DNA of 64,000 nucleotides from Pirellulaceae bacterium (GTDB lineage: Bacteria > Planctomycetota > Planctomycetia > Pirellulales > Pirellulaceae). A program made the position numbers and the translations under genes. Below the pieces are notes generated by a model that saw only the letters and a program-made list of their open reading frames with translations, had not been told where the DNA came from and did not search any database. The stretch lies in the NCBI GenBank assembly GCA_041740495.1, contig JBGSLW010000345.1:1431-65430 (forward strand). Direction: 5' to 3'. This document shows, in pieces, positions 19,429-29,462 of this stretch (its first letter is position 1; each line of letters opens with the position of its first letter).

Positions 19429-20144
19429 CAGGAATGACGGTGAGGTGACAGGAATGACGGTGAGGTGACAGGAATGACGATCGGGTGGCACGAACAGTGG
19501 GGTGACACGAACAGTGGGGTGACACGAACGGTGGATTGGCACGAAGACGGTGAGGTGACAGGAATGACGATCGGGTGGCACGAACAGTGGGGTGACACGA
19601 ACGGTGGATTGGCACGAAGACGGTGAGGTGGCAGGAATAACGATCGGGTGGCAGGAACAGGGGGGTGACTCGAATAGTGGGGTGGCAGGAACAGGGGCGT
19701 GGCACGAACAGTGAGGTGACACGAATACGGTGGATTGGCACGAAGACGGTGGGGTGGCAGGAATGACGATCGGGTGGCGCAAACAGTGGGGTGACACGAA
19801 CGGTGGATTGGCACGAAGGCGGTGAGGTGACAGGAATGACGATCGGGTGGCGCAAACAGTGGGGTGACACGAACGGTGGATTGGCACGAAGGCGGTGAGG
19901 TGACACGAAGACGGTGGGGTGGCAGGAATGACGATCGGGTGGCGCGAACAGTGGGGTGACACGAACGGTGGATTGGCACGAAGACGGTGAGGTGACAGGA
20001 ATGACGATCGGGTGGCACGAACAGTGGGGTGACTCGAATAGTGGGGTGGCAGGAACAGGGGCGTGGCACGAACAGTGAGGTGACACGAATACGGTGGATT
20101 GGCACGAAGACGGTGGGGTGGCAGGAATGACGATCGGGTGGCAG
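19429..20144. repeat. ~715-bp array of about 40 degenerate 17-20-nt tandem units with ~73-nt and ~363-nt higher-order periodicity
   Basis: Units include GGAATGACGATCGGGTGGCA, CGAACAGTGGGGTGACA, CGAACGGTGGATTGGCA and CGAAGACGGTGAGGTGACA. Positions 19671-19783 are near-identical to 20034-20146. All three minus-strand frames are open across the array. Confidence 0.9.
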
Positions 20145-20222
20145 AAAGGAGTGTGGGGGCTTGGTGTTCGGGGGTGTCCGCGCGGAGCGGGTGTGCGGTA
20201 TGCTAACGGCCAGTTGAAAATT

Positions 20223-20294
20223 AGCCGCCAGGCGCTAGCCTGCGGTTTCTTGGGGTCGAGCGTGGCCAGGAACCACAGGCGAGCGCCTGACGGC
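20223..20294. repeat. REP-like hairpin, family A (AGCCGCCWGGCGCKAGCCTGCGGTTTC arms)
   Basis: Left arm AGCCGCCAGGCGCTAGCCTGCGGTTTC at 20223-20249. A degenerate complementary arm GAACCACAGGCGAGCGCCTGACGGC lies at 20270-20294. Confidence 0.7.
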
Positions 20295-20388
20295 AAAAGG
20301 TGGCTGCGTCGGTATCCGTCGTTTTCAACAGGCTGCGAACGAACGGAAACGATCGATCGAAGGAAAAACTTCGCAACTCAGCGAACCC

Positions 20389-21435
20389 ATGTTGGTCCCC
20401 GCGAACCAAGCCGCCGATGCCGAACATGTGCTGCCGGGAGTGATCGGAACCGGTCCGGCGATGCAGGCGGTTGCCGATTTGACTCGGCGAGCCGCCCAAT
20501 CGTCGGCTTCGGTGTTGTTGTTGGGCGAGTCGGGGACGGGGAAGGAATTGATTGCGGCGGCGGTGCATCAGCTCAGCGCTCGCCGCAGCGGCCCGTTCGT
20601 CCGAGTCAATTGCGGTGCGCTCTCGGAAAGCTTATTGGAGAGCGAATTGTTCGGGCATGTCCGTGGTTCGTTCACGGACGCCGTGAAAGATCGAACGGGA
20701 CGGTTCGAGGCCGCGCACACCGGCACGATTTTCTTGGATGAGATTTGTTCGACGTCGTCGGTGCTGCAAGTCAAGTTGCTGCGCGTGTTGCAGGAGCGCG
20801 AATTCGAGCGCGTGGGGGACTCGCGTACTATCCGCGTCGACGTGCGGGTGATCGCCGCCAGCAACCGGGACTTGTACCAGCAGGCCAGCGAGGGTCGTTT
20901 CCGGGAAGACTTGTTCTGGCGGCTCAACGTCGTCCCGATCCAGCTCCCACCGCTCCGTCGGCGGCGCGAGGACATCCCCCTCTTGGTGCAACATTTCCTT
21001 CACCATTTTTCCCAGGTCAACCAGCGGCCGGTTGAAAGGGTGGAGGAGGACGCCCTCCAGGCTCTGGTGCAATACCATTGGCCGGGGAATGTGCGCGAGT
21101 TGCAGAACTACGTGGAGCGTGCGGTGGTGTTGGCCCAGGGACCGACCCTGACGTTGGACCTTCTCCCTCCCCAGGTCAGCGGGCGGGGTTCCGCCGAGCG
21201 CCTGGTCTTTCGCGGCGGCGATACCCGCTCGCTGATCGAGGAGTTGGTGACAGGGGAGTTGAGCACCGCAGGGGAGGCGCTCGATCTGCACGCCAAGGTT
21301 GTCAACCCGGTCGAGCGCGAGTTGCTGGTGCAGGTCCTGGCGCAGTGCAACCAGGTACAGACCAAGGCCGCGGAACGACTGGGGATCAACCGCAATACGT
21401 TGCACAAAAAGATGAAGGAGTACGGAATCGAGTAG
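20389..21435 (+). CDS. sigma-54-dependent transcriptional activator (bacterial enhancer-binding protein) lacking an N-terminal sensor domain
   Basis: The AAA+ core begins ~17 aa after the first possible start. It has Walker [24 protein letters not shown] (a GAFTGA-loop variant), [21 protein letters not shown] and [12 protein letters not shown]-terminal Fis-type HTH follows ([14 protein letters not shown]). Confidence 0.9.
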   Translation: MLVPANQAADAEHVLPGVIGTGPAMQAVADLTRRAAQSSASVLLLGESGTGKELIAAAVHQLSARRSGPFVRVNCGALSESLLESELFGHVRGSFTDAVKDRTGRFEAAHTGTIFLDEICSTSSVLQVKLLRVLQEREFERVGDSRTIRVDVRVIAASNRDLYQQASEGRFREDLFWRLNVVPIQLPPLRRRREDIPLLVQHFLHHFSQVNQRPVERVEEDALQALVQYHWPGNVRELQNYVERAVVLAQGPTLTLDLLPPQVSGRGSAERLVFRGGDTRSLIEELVTGELSTAGEALDLHAKVVNPVERELLVQVLAQCNQVQTKAAERLGINRNTLHKKMKEYGIE

Positions 21436-21477
21436 TGGTCGGTTGGAAGATTGCGTGCCTGGGAGGCTTGGAATACG

Positions 21478-23034
21478 ATGGAGAGTCCTTCGCCAATCCC
21501 TCCTCCGCTCGGGCCCGCCCCGCATCGACCATTGAACGCCGACCAATTCGTCCAACGCTTGATTGAATTTCGACTGCTGGAGCAGAAACAGGTCGACGCG
21601 GTGCACTCGTCCTTCGGGGCTCGGCCGATCACCCTGGAAGAGCTGAAACGCGAGTTGATCCAACGAGAGTGGCTCACGAACTGGCAGATCCAGCGGGTCG
21701 AAGACGGGCACCGCCGCGGATTTTTCTACGGTTTGTGGAAAGTCCAATACCTGGTCGGCTCCGGTACCTTTGCCCGGGTCTACCGAGCCGTCAACGTCAA
21801 GACGGGGGATGTCAAGGCGGTCAAGGTTTTGCGCAGCAGGTACAGCGCGGACCTCGATACCCAAGAGCGTTTTCTCCGCGAGGCTCGAACGGTCATGGGG
21901 CTGCGGCATCCCAATATCGTGCCGATCCACGAAGTCGACGTCGAGCACGGTCGAACCTACATGGTGATGGACTTCATCGAAGGGCAGAACCTGCGGGATT
22001 TTGTGCGAGTCCACCGCAAACTCAAGCTGCTCACGGCGCTGACCATCGCCCGCGATGTGGCGGCTGGCTTGGACTACGCGGCGCAGAAAGGGGTCACTCA
22101 CCGCGACCTCAAACTTTCCAACGTCCTGCTGGCCAGCACGGGTCGGGCCTGTCTGGTCGACTTCGGTCTGGCGATTATGGACAGCGCTCAGGCCGATTCG
22201 CAAGATTTCAATCCGCGCAGCGTCGACTACGCGGGACTCGAGAAAGCAACCGGGGTGGGACGCGACGACAAGCGCAGCGATATTTTTTTTCTGGGGTGCA
22301 TCATCTACCACATGCTCTCCGGGCGGCCGCCCCTCTATGAAACGCGGGAACGGCTCAAGCGGATGAGCGCCGAACGGTTTCGCAACGTCGAACCGATCTC
22401 CAACTTCGTATCGCTTCCCGCGCGGGTCGTGGTCTTCGTCCGACACACCATGGAGATGGATCCGGAGAAACGGATCCAGACCCCGGCGGACCTCGTCCAG
22501 GATCTGGACCATTTGATCACCGCCGTCAAAACCGGCGACGTCGCCCAGTACAGCGACGCCCAAGCCGAACAGGACTCCAGCGAACACTCGGCCCGTACCA
22601 AAAAATACAGCGAAGGGATCGGGCACACGATCATGTTGATCGAACCCAAGATCGACGTGCAAAACCAACTGCGCGAACGCCTGAAGAAACTGGGGTACAA
22701 AGTCCTGATTCTGGGAGACCCCCAGCGTGCCATCGCCCGCTTCGAGGACTTGGACCAGTCCGAAAAGAACCCCGCGGACTGCCTGATTTTCGGGATCGCC
22801 AGTTTGGGGGCCGTCGGCTGGGAAAACTTCAACAAGTTCGCCACCCACGCCCGCTCCCAAAAGGTGCCGGCCGTCGTGATGCTCAACCAACAACAGAAAG
22901 ATGCACTGGATCTGGTCAACTTGAATGACCACCGGGTATGCGTGACGGTCCCCGCCAAGTTCCGAGAAATCCGGCAGGCGCTTCGCACGTTGCTGAAGAT
23001 CGAAACCAACGAAGTACTGGACGACGTGAACTAG
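21478..23034 (+). CDS. Ser/Thr protein kinase with C-terminal receiver-like (pseudo-receiver) domain
   Basis: Has VGSGTFARVY...VKAVKVL (ATP site), HRDLKLSNVLL and DFGLA. The C-terminal ~130 aa have a CheY-like strand/helix pattern (TIMLIEP...CLIFGIASLG...PAVVMLNQ) without the acidic pocket. ATG at 21478; a TTG lies at 21451. Confidence 0.88.
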   Translation: MESPSPIPPPLGPAPHRPLNADQFVQRLIEFRLLEQKQVDAVHSSFGARPITLEELKRELIQREWLTNWQIQRVEDGHRRGFFYGLWKVQYLVGSGTFARVYRAVNVKTGDVKAVKVLRSRYSADLDTQERFLREARTVMGLRHPNIVPIHEVDVEHGRTYMVMDFIEGQNLRDFVRVHRKLKLLTALTIARDVAAGLDYAAQKGVTHRDLKLSNVLLASTGRACLVDFGLAIMDSAQADSQDFNPRSVDYAGLEKATGVGRDDKRSDIFFLGCIIYHMLSGRPPLYETRERLKRMSAERFRNVEPISNFVSLPARVVVFVRHTMEMDPEKRIQTPADLVQDLDHLITAVKTGDVAQYSDAQAEQDSSEHSARTKKYSEGIGHTIMLIEPKIDVQNQLRERLKKLGYKVLILGDPQRAIARFEDLDQSEKNPADCLIFGIASLGAVGWENFNKFATHARSQKVPAVVMLNQQQKDALDLVNLNDHRVCVTVPAKFREIRQALRTLLKIETNEVLDDVN

Positions 23035-23049
23035 CCCAGCGTGGCGCGA

Positions 23050-23619
23050 TCAGCGGCGAATGCAGGCGGAGGCGATCATTGCGGCGAGTCCCGCGCCGGC
23101 CAGTCCGAAGAAGCCGAAAGCCAATCGCCGGCGGAATCGGGCGGCTCGTCGGTTGACGATCAAGCCGCTTTCGACCCATTCTCCCGGCGTCCAACCCAGG
23201 ACATCGTTCTGCCAGATCGACCAAAATTGCTCCATCGAGGCTCGGTCGATTTCTTGGAATTTGGCGCGATTGAGGGCGTCGATCTGAGTTTGCGGCAATT
23301 CGGTTCGGAAGTTTGCGGCCCACGCTAGCAGTCCGCCGCCCGCCGCGGAGGCCAACAGCGCGACCGCCAATCCGCTGGCAAAGAGTCCCCTTTTCCAAGG
23401 GCTGGGCGGGGCGACCACGCGCTGGCGGCCGGAAGTTGCACTGGCCCCCGCAGCAGATGACTCCGAGTCCTGCGCCGCTAACTGTCGCAGAACCCGCATC
23501 GTAGGTACTTCCATCACCTGTTTACAACTGCGGCAGGTAATCGTCTGGCCCGCCTGCCGTATTTCCACCGTCAATTCGGCTGGGCAGTTTGGGCAAGGGA
23601 TGCGCAACGGTTGGGACAT
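23050..23619 (-). CDS. hypothetical zinc-ribbon membrane protein
   Basis: ATG at 23619 (MSQPLRIPCPNCPAELTVEIRQAGQTITCRSCKQVMEVP), followed by two hydrophobic segments. Confidence 0.55.
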   Translation of the reverse strand: MSQPLRIPCPNCPAELTVEIRQAGQTITCRSCKQVMEVPTMRVLRQLAAQDSESSAAGASATSGRQRVVAPPSPWKRGLFASGLAVALLASAAGGGLLAWAANFRTELPQTQIDALNRAKFQEIDRASMEQFWSIWQNDVLGWTPGEWVESGLIVNRRAARFRRRLAFGFFGLAGAGLAAMIASACIRR

Positions 23620-23855
23620 GGCGGCGGGGTAAATGGGCTGGGTGGCGGCGGGCAATTCAGAATTCGGGATTTCCGCTGGTGTTATACCAAGCGTGTGGCA
23701 AAAACACAGCAGCGGAGCGGGGAAACGGAGGAGCGGCGGCGACACATCCGGGAGAAACTGGGGCGTTTCGTCGCGGCGGCTTCGAGAAATGCTCGGCGTC
23801 CCCTTGGGTGTGTGGCATGAACCTATCCGCCGTCACAGCGAAAAATTGTACGCAA

Positions 23856-23871
23856 CGGCACGCGAAATGCC
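23856..23871 (+). promoter_or_regulatory. candidate sigma-54 -24/-12 promoter-like motif
   Basis: cGGCACGcgaaaTGCc matches TGGCACG-N4-TTGC at GGCACG and at TGC with correct spacing. It sits in a ~970-bp gene-free region, ~700 bp from the next plus-strand gene. Confidence 0.2.
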
Positions 23872-24588
23872 TTGCAAAATTCCCCCGCCGATCGCTCGAT
23901 TCGGCGCGGAAAATGCTGGCTGCGGAAAAGCCAGTTTCGCGCCTAGACCTTCGAGTTTGTCCAGCTAAAATTGAGGCACTGGGATCCACGCTTCCCATTT
24001 CATGCCTGTACGATTATCCCCGTACGACTTTAAGCCCAAATGTGGGCGCGAAGGAAGGTGTTGATCCAGTCAGGGCTTTGAGAGTAAGCCAGAACGATTC
24101 GTTCGCGAGCTCCGCTTCCATGGATGGGGGTCGGTAGGATGGGGCAGGGAGGATAGGAGCAGGCCGGTTGGGAGCAGGCCAGGGATGGGCGAGGACCTTC
24201 GGGTTTCCAGGAAGGCTCGCTAGTTCGAGGTGGGTGAGTGCATTCGAGACAGTGCCTTTTCAGGACAGTGCCTTTAAGAAAATGCGGGCGGGCTTGATCA
24301 TTGTCTGATCCGAAACATTGTCTGGGCAGTGAAGTTGTCTCGGCGGAATCAACGCGACGGAACGAAATTCCGCGCGCGATTCGAATCCGCCCTGGTGGGT
24401 TCGCAGATTGAACGTTGCTTCCGGGTGGAACTTACTTCTCTCAATTTTGTCTCGCCGATCGAAACGACGTAACCGTAATTTTTTGACAAATCTGGCTGCG
24501 ATGCGGTGGAGCACGGAGTCAATGGTAGACTTGCCCATCGTGGACTCGGTGCAGTCCGTGCGGGCCAGTCATTTTTGAGCGTGGGAGC

Positions 24589-26160
<1,572 letters not shown>

Positions 26161-26186
26161 GATTGCTCGGTATCGAGTACTCGGTA

Positions 26187-26323
26187 CTAGGCTTTTTCCC
26201 AAAACATCAGCCGCCTGGCGCGAGCCTGCGGTTTCTTCGCGCATCCAACATCGGAAACCGCAGGCTAGCGCCATGCGGCTAATCTCAAGGGGACGCGAAA
26301 CTGTGTTTTGGGACAGAGCCTAG
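26187..26323. repeat. REP/MITE-like nested palindrome, family A, 27 bp downstream of rpoD
   Basis: Inner arms are 26209-26235 (AGCCGCCTGGCGCGAGCCTGCGGTTTC) and 26254-26280 (GAAACCGCAGGCTAGCGCCATGCGGCT). Outer arms are CTAGGCTTTTTCCCAAAACA (26187-26206) and TGTTTTGGGACAGAGCCTAG (26304-26323). Confidence 0.8.
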
Positions 26324-26343
26324 CTGCCGGGTAGTCGGCACTG

Positions 26344-26399
26344 CCCTCAGTCTTCTGCTCTTAGTCTACGGCTCTCAGTCTACGGCTCTCAGTCTACGG
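26344..26399. repeat. 14-bp tandem repeat (CTCTCAGTCTACGG, 3 good plus 1 degenerate copies) overlapping the stop codon of the MOSC gene
   Basis: Read directly: CTCTTAGTCTACGG / CTCTCAGTCTACGG / CTCTCAGTCTACGG at 26358-26399. Confidence 0.8.
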
Positions 26400-26898
26400 C
26401 GTCCTGGAGTTCGCCGCGGGCGAGCCATCGGACAGGATCCCCCACGGCGATGCCCCCACCTTGCTCGATGCGGGCCGTGATGCCACCGTGACCGCGCATC
26501 GCCGCCCAGCCGCCGGGACCCAGATTCTCTTCCATCAATGAGCACGGGGCGCAGTTCCCAGTCCCATAGAAAATCGCCTCACCGATTTGGAACGTCTGCT
26601 CTTTGAGCGCGGTCAAGTTGATCCCGCGGACGACGATGTTCCGCCGCAACAAGCCCGGATCGATCGGCAGCGCCGAGTCAAATGCCGCGCGGGTCAACAG
26701 CCGTCGCAGCGCCTCCAGGTGTTCGTATTGAATCAAGGTGACTTGGCGCAACCGCGTGGCGCCGCCATTCGTCCTTTCCCCCACCAAGCCGTCCTGCGGA
26801 TCGGCGATGACGCGCGGGACCACGATCAGCGGCTCGCGGCGGGCCGGTCGCAAGCCGATCCAGACCACTTCGCCGACTTGGGGAATGCTGCGCGACAC
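26389..26898 (-). CDS. MOSC domain-containing protein
   Basis: The C-terminal MOSC pattern is present (RQVTLIQYEHL...NIVVRGINL...GNCAPCSLME...GGITARIEQGG). There is no ATG near the domain start. A GTG at 26898 is preceded by GGAGGGG; the long N-terminal extension in the ORF track is unlikely. Confidence 0.7.
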   Translation of the reverse strand: MSRSIPQVGEVVWIGLRPARREPLIVVPRVIADPQDGLVGERTNGGATRLRQVTLIQYEHLEALRRLLTRAAFDSALPIDPGLLRRNIVVRGINLTALKEQTFQIGEAIFYGTGNCAPCSLMEENLGPGGWAAMRGHGGITARIEQGGGIAVGDPVRWLARGELQDAVD

Positions 26899-27064
26899 GA
26901 AGGTCCCCTCCAAAAAAAAACCTGTGAAAGCGGGGCTCGCTGCGCCTGTCCACCGCGGCGATTCATTGTAGCGGCCAGCCCCGTGGCTGCTACTTGCGAG
27001 TGACTTTCGACTGTGCCATATTTGCCAGTATTCAGTGGCCGAGCCTCTCAACAAGGTGGGATAC

Positions 27065-29161
27065 ATGGCAAAAACGAGTGTCGAGTCGATTCGCAACGTG
27101 GTGCTTTGTGGCCACGGCTCTTCCGGAAAAACCACGATGGCGGACAACTTCCTGGTCCTGTCCCAGGCGGCGGCCGGGCAGCCCAGCGTCGATGCCGGCA
27201 CGAGTCTCTGCGATTTCGACCCGGAAGAAAAGAATCACAAGTACACGATCGAGGCCTCGGTGGTGCACTTCGACCACGACGGGAATCGATTCAACCTGAT
27301 CGACTGCCCTGGCTATCCCGATTTCATCGGCCAGACGATCGGTGCGATGCACGCTGTCGAGACCGCCCTGATCGTGATCAACGCTCAAGTGGGAATCCAA
27401 GTCAACACGCGGCGGGTCTTCGAGGAAGCGGGCAAGTTGGGCCTGGGGCGGATTCTGGTGATCAACCGGATGGATGCGGACAACATCAACTTCCCCCACT
27501 TGATCGAAAGCCTCCAGCAGATGTGGGGCCCGCGCTGCGTCCTCCTCAATGTCCCCGTGGGGCAGGGGGCCGACTTCCGCGGCGTCGCCAGTACGCTGCA
27601 AGTTCCTGCCGATACCAGCGGAGCCTTGCTCAACCCGGCCGAGATCAGCGATCCGTTGATCGAGTCGATCATCGAAGTCGATGAAGCGGTGATGGAGCGG
27701 TATTTCGAGGGTGAACGCCCCAACCCGGAGGAGCTTTCACGGTTGATCGTCCAGGCCGTCCGCGGAGGGACGCTCGTCCCGATCGTCTGTTGTTCCGCCA
27801 AAACCCAGGTCGGATTGCGCGAAGTCTTGGACGCGGTGTCGATGTGCGGGCTCTCCCCCGCAGATTTGCCGCGGGCGGCGACGCACAACGACCAAGAGGT
27901 GCAAGTGACGCCCGCAACGGAGGGGCTCTGCGCCCGCGTCTTCAAGACGCGGATCGACCCGTTCGTGCAGAAACTCAGCTTCATTCGCGTCTATTCTGGA
28001 TCGTTCAAACGCGACGATCAGGTCCACCTGGTGGGGGCCCGGAAAGCCGTCAAAATCTCCGCGCCGCTGCTGGTCCAAGGAGAAAAGGCCGAAGCGATCG
28101 ACCACGCCGGGCCCGGCGAAATCGTGGCCGTCGCCAAGATGGAAGATCTGCATACGGGAACCGTACTGGGGGATTACCACCTGCCGGCGATGGTCTTCCC
28201 CACGCCGATGGTCGCCCTGGCGGTGACCCCCAAAAGCCGCAACGACGAAGCCAAACTCTCGGGCGCCTTGCACAAGATCGTCGAGGAAGATCCGACCTTC
28301 CACCTCGACCGGGATGCCCAGACCAAAGAGCTGGTGATGACCGGGATGAGCGAACTGCACTTGACGCTGGTCCGCGAAAAACTCCACCGCCGCGATAAGC
28401 TGGACGTCGACACGAAGCAGCCGCGAATCGCTTACCGCGAGACGATCCAAGGGGACGCCGAAGGGAGCTATCGCCACAAAAAGCAGTCGGGGGGTCGCGG
28501 CCAATTCGGCGAAGTCCACATCCGAATGTTCCCCTTGCCGCGCAACACCGACATCGATGCATACGCGGTCAAGAGCCGATTCCCTTCGATGAAGGATAAA
28601 CACTACGACGAAAAGTCCAACTTCCTTTGGATCGATTCGGTCGTGGGTGGATCGATCCCCGGCAACTTCATGCCAGCCATCGCCAAGGGTTTCGCCGAAC
28701 GGATCGGCGGCGGCGTCCTGGCCGGCTACCCCGTACAGGATCTGTGCGTCGAAGTTCACTTCGGGAAATACCACGACGTCGACAGCAGCGAAGCGGCGTT
28801 CAAGACGGCGGCCCGCCAGGCTTTCAAACAAGTCTTCGAAAAGGCCCGCCCCGGCCTGCTGGAACCGATCGTCCGGATGAATATCACCGTCCCCGAGTCC
28901 CACGTCGGAGACGTGTATAGCGACATGTCCAGTCGCAGCGGCCGGGTCTCGGGGAGCGACCCCGCCGGTGGCGGCTTCACGCTGATCCATGCCGAAGTCC
29001 CCCTCCGCGAAGTCATCACCTACGCTCGCTCGCTCTCCAGCATGACCGGCGGCTTGGGAAGCTATTCGATGGAGTTCAGTCACTACGACGTCATGCCGCC
29101 GAATATCCAGCAGGAAGTGATCGCCTCTGCGAACATCAAAGAAGAAGACGAAGAGGGGTAA
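27065..29161 (+). CDS. elongation factor G family GTPase (EF-G paralog, not in the str operon)
   Basis: G1 GHGSSGKTT, G3 DCPGYPDF, G4 NRMD, and EF-G domains II-V through the C-terminus. ATG at 27065 is preceded by AAGGTGG. Confidence 0.88.
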   Translation: MAKTSVESIRNVVLCGHGSSGKTTMADNFLVLSQAAAGQPSVDAGTSLCDFDPEEKNHKYTIEASVVHFDHDGNRFNLIDCPGYPDFIGQTIGAMHAVETALIVINAQVGIQVNTRRVFEEAGKLGLGRILVINRMDADNINFPHLIESLQQMWGPRCVLLNVPVGQGADFRGVASTLQVPADTSGALLNPAEISDPLIESIIEVDEAVMERYFEGERPNPEELSRLIVQAVRGGTLVPIVCCSAKTQVGLREVLDAVSMCGLSPADLPRAATHNDQEVQVTPATEGLCARVFKTRIDPFVQKLSFIRVYSGSFKRDDQVHLVGARKAVKISAPLLVQGEKAEAIDHAGPGEIVAVAKMEDLHTGTVLGDYHLPAMVFPTPMVALAVTPKSRNDEAKLSGALHKIVEEDPTFHLDRDAQTKELVMTGMSELHLTLVREKLHRRDKLDVDTKQPRIAYRETIQGDAEGSYRHKKQSGGRGQFGEVHIRMFPLPRNTDIDAYAVKSRFPSMKDKHYDEKSNFLWIDSVVGGSIPGNFMPAIAKGFAERIGGGVLAGYPVQDLCVEVHFGKYHDVDSSEAAFKTAARQAFKQVFEKARPGLLEPIVRMNITVPESHVGDVYSDMSSRSGRVSGSDPAGGGFTLIHAEVPLREVITYARSLSSMTGGLGSYSMEFSHYDVMPPNIQQEVIASANIKEEDEEG

Positions 29162-29318
29162 GCCCCAACGATCCCGTGTCCCTCTTCTCCACATCGGGCG
29201 AAGCGCGCTCCGTTTGGTCGATTCCGCACACCGGGGAGTCGCTCGTTGGGCGATTTAACGAGAATTCGCCCAGTCTTGCTCCGCGCATCGATTGGCATTC
29301 CATTTGCAACTAATGGCG

Positions 29319-29412
29319 CTAGGCTTTGTCCCAAAACATCAGCCGCCTGGCGCGAGCCTGCGGATTCTTCGCGCATCCAACACCGGAAACCGCTGGCTCG
29401 CGCCAGGCGGTA
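29319..29412. repeat. REP-like hairpin, family A (truncated copy)
   Basis: CTAGGCTTTGTCCCAAAACA followed by arms 29341-29367 and 29386-29411. It is nearly identical to the left two thirds of the 26187 element. Confidence 0.8.
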
Positions 29413-29462
29413 GAACTCGTGAGATACCGAATCCTGAGTTTCGTTTTTTAAAAGGATAGACC

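Noticed and set aside
19429-20144. CRISPR array
   Set aside because: The units are contiguous and degenerate, with no unique spacers. The unit length is too short, and no cas genes are in the window.
19429-20144. A dozen sigma-54 promoters (TGGCACGAA recurs on the plus strand upstream of the activator gene)
   Set aside because: None has a TTGC or TGC -12 element at the required spacing (for example TGGCACGAACAGTGG, TGGCACGAAGACGGT). The match is most simply a by-product of the repeat consensus. I kept it only as a remark in the array finding.
19016-20296. Three overlapping 400-530-aa minus-strand ORFs with CHPTV/VTPLF/PIHR-type repeats, which could be read as repeat proteins
   Set aside because: They are the three frames of one DNA repeat array whose unit lengths (17, 19, 20 nt) are not multiples of three. 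The same DNA cannot encode three proteins, and the real hydrolase has a good internal ATG at 19328.
24370-24400. tRNA-like T-loop (GATTCGAATCC)
   Set aside because: The flanking bases do not form a T-stem, and no acceptor, D or anticodon arms can be drawn on either strand.
24260-24538. 92-aa minus-strand ORF in the rpoD upstream region
   Set aside because: It has no recognisable motif and a basic low-complexity sequence. It lies in a lower-GC regulatory-looking region and has no ribosome-binding signal that I could see.
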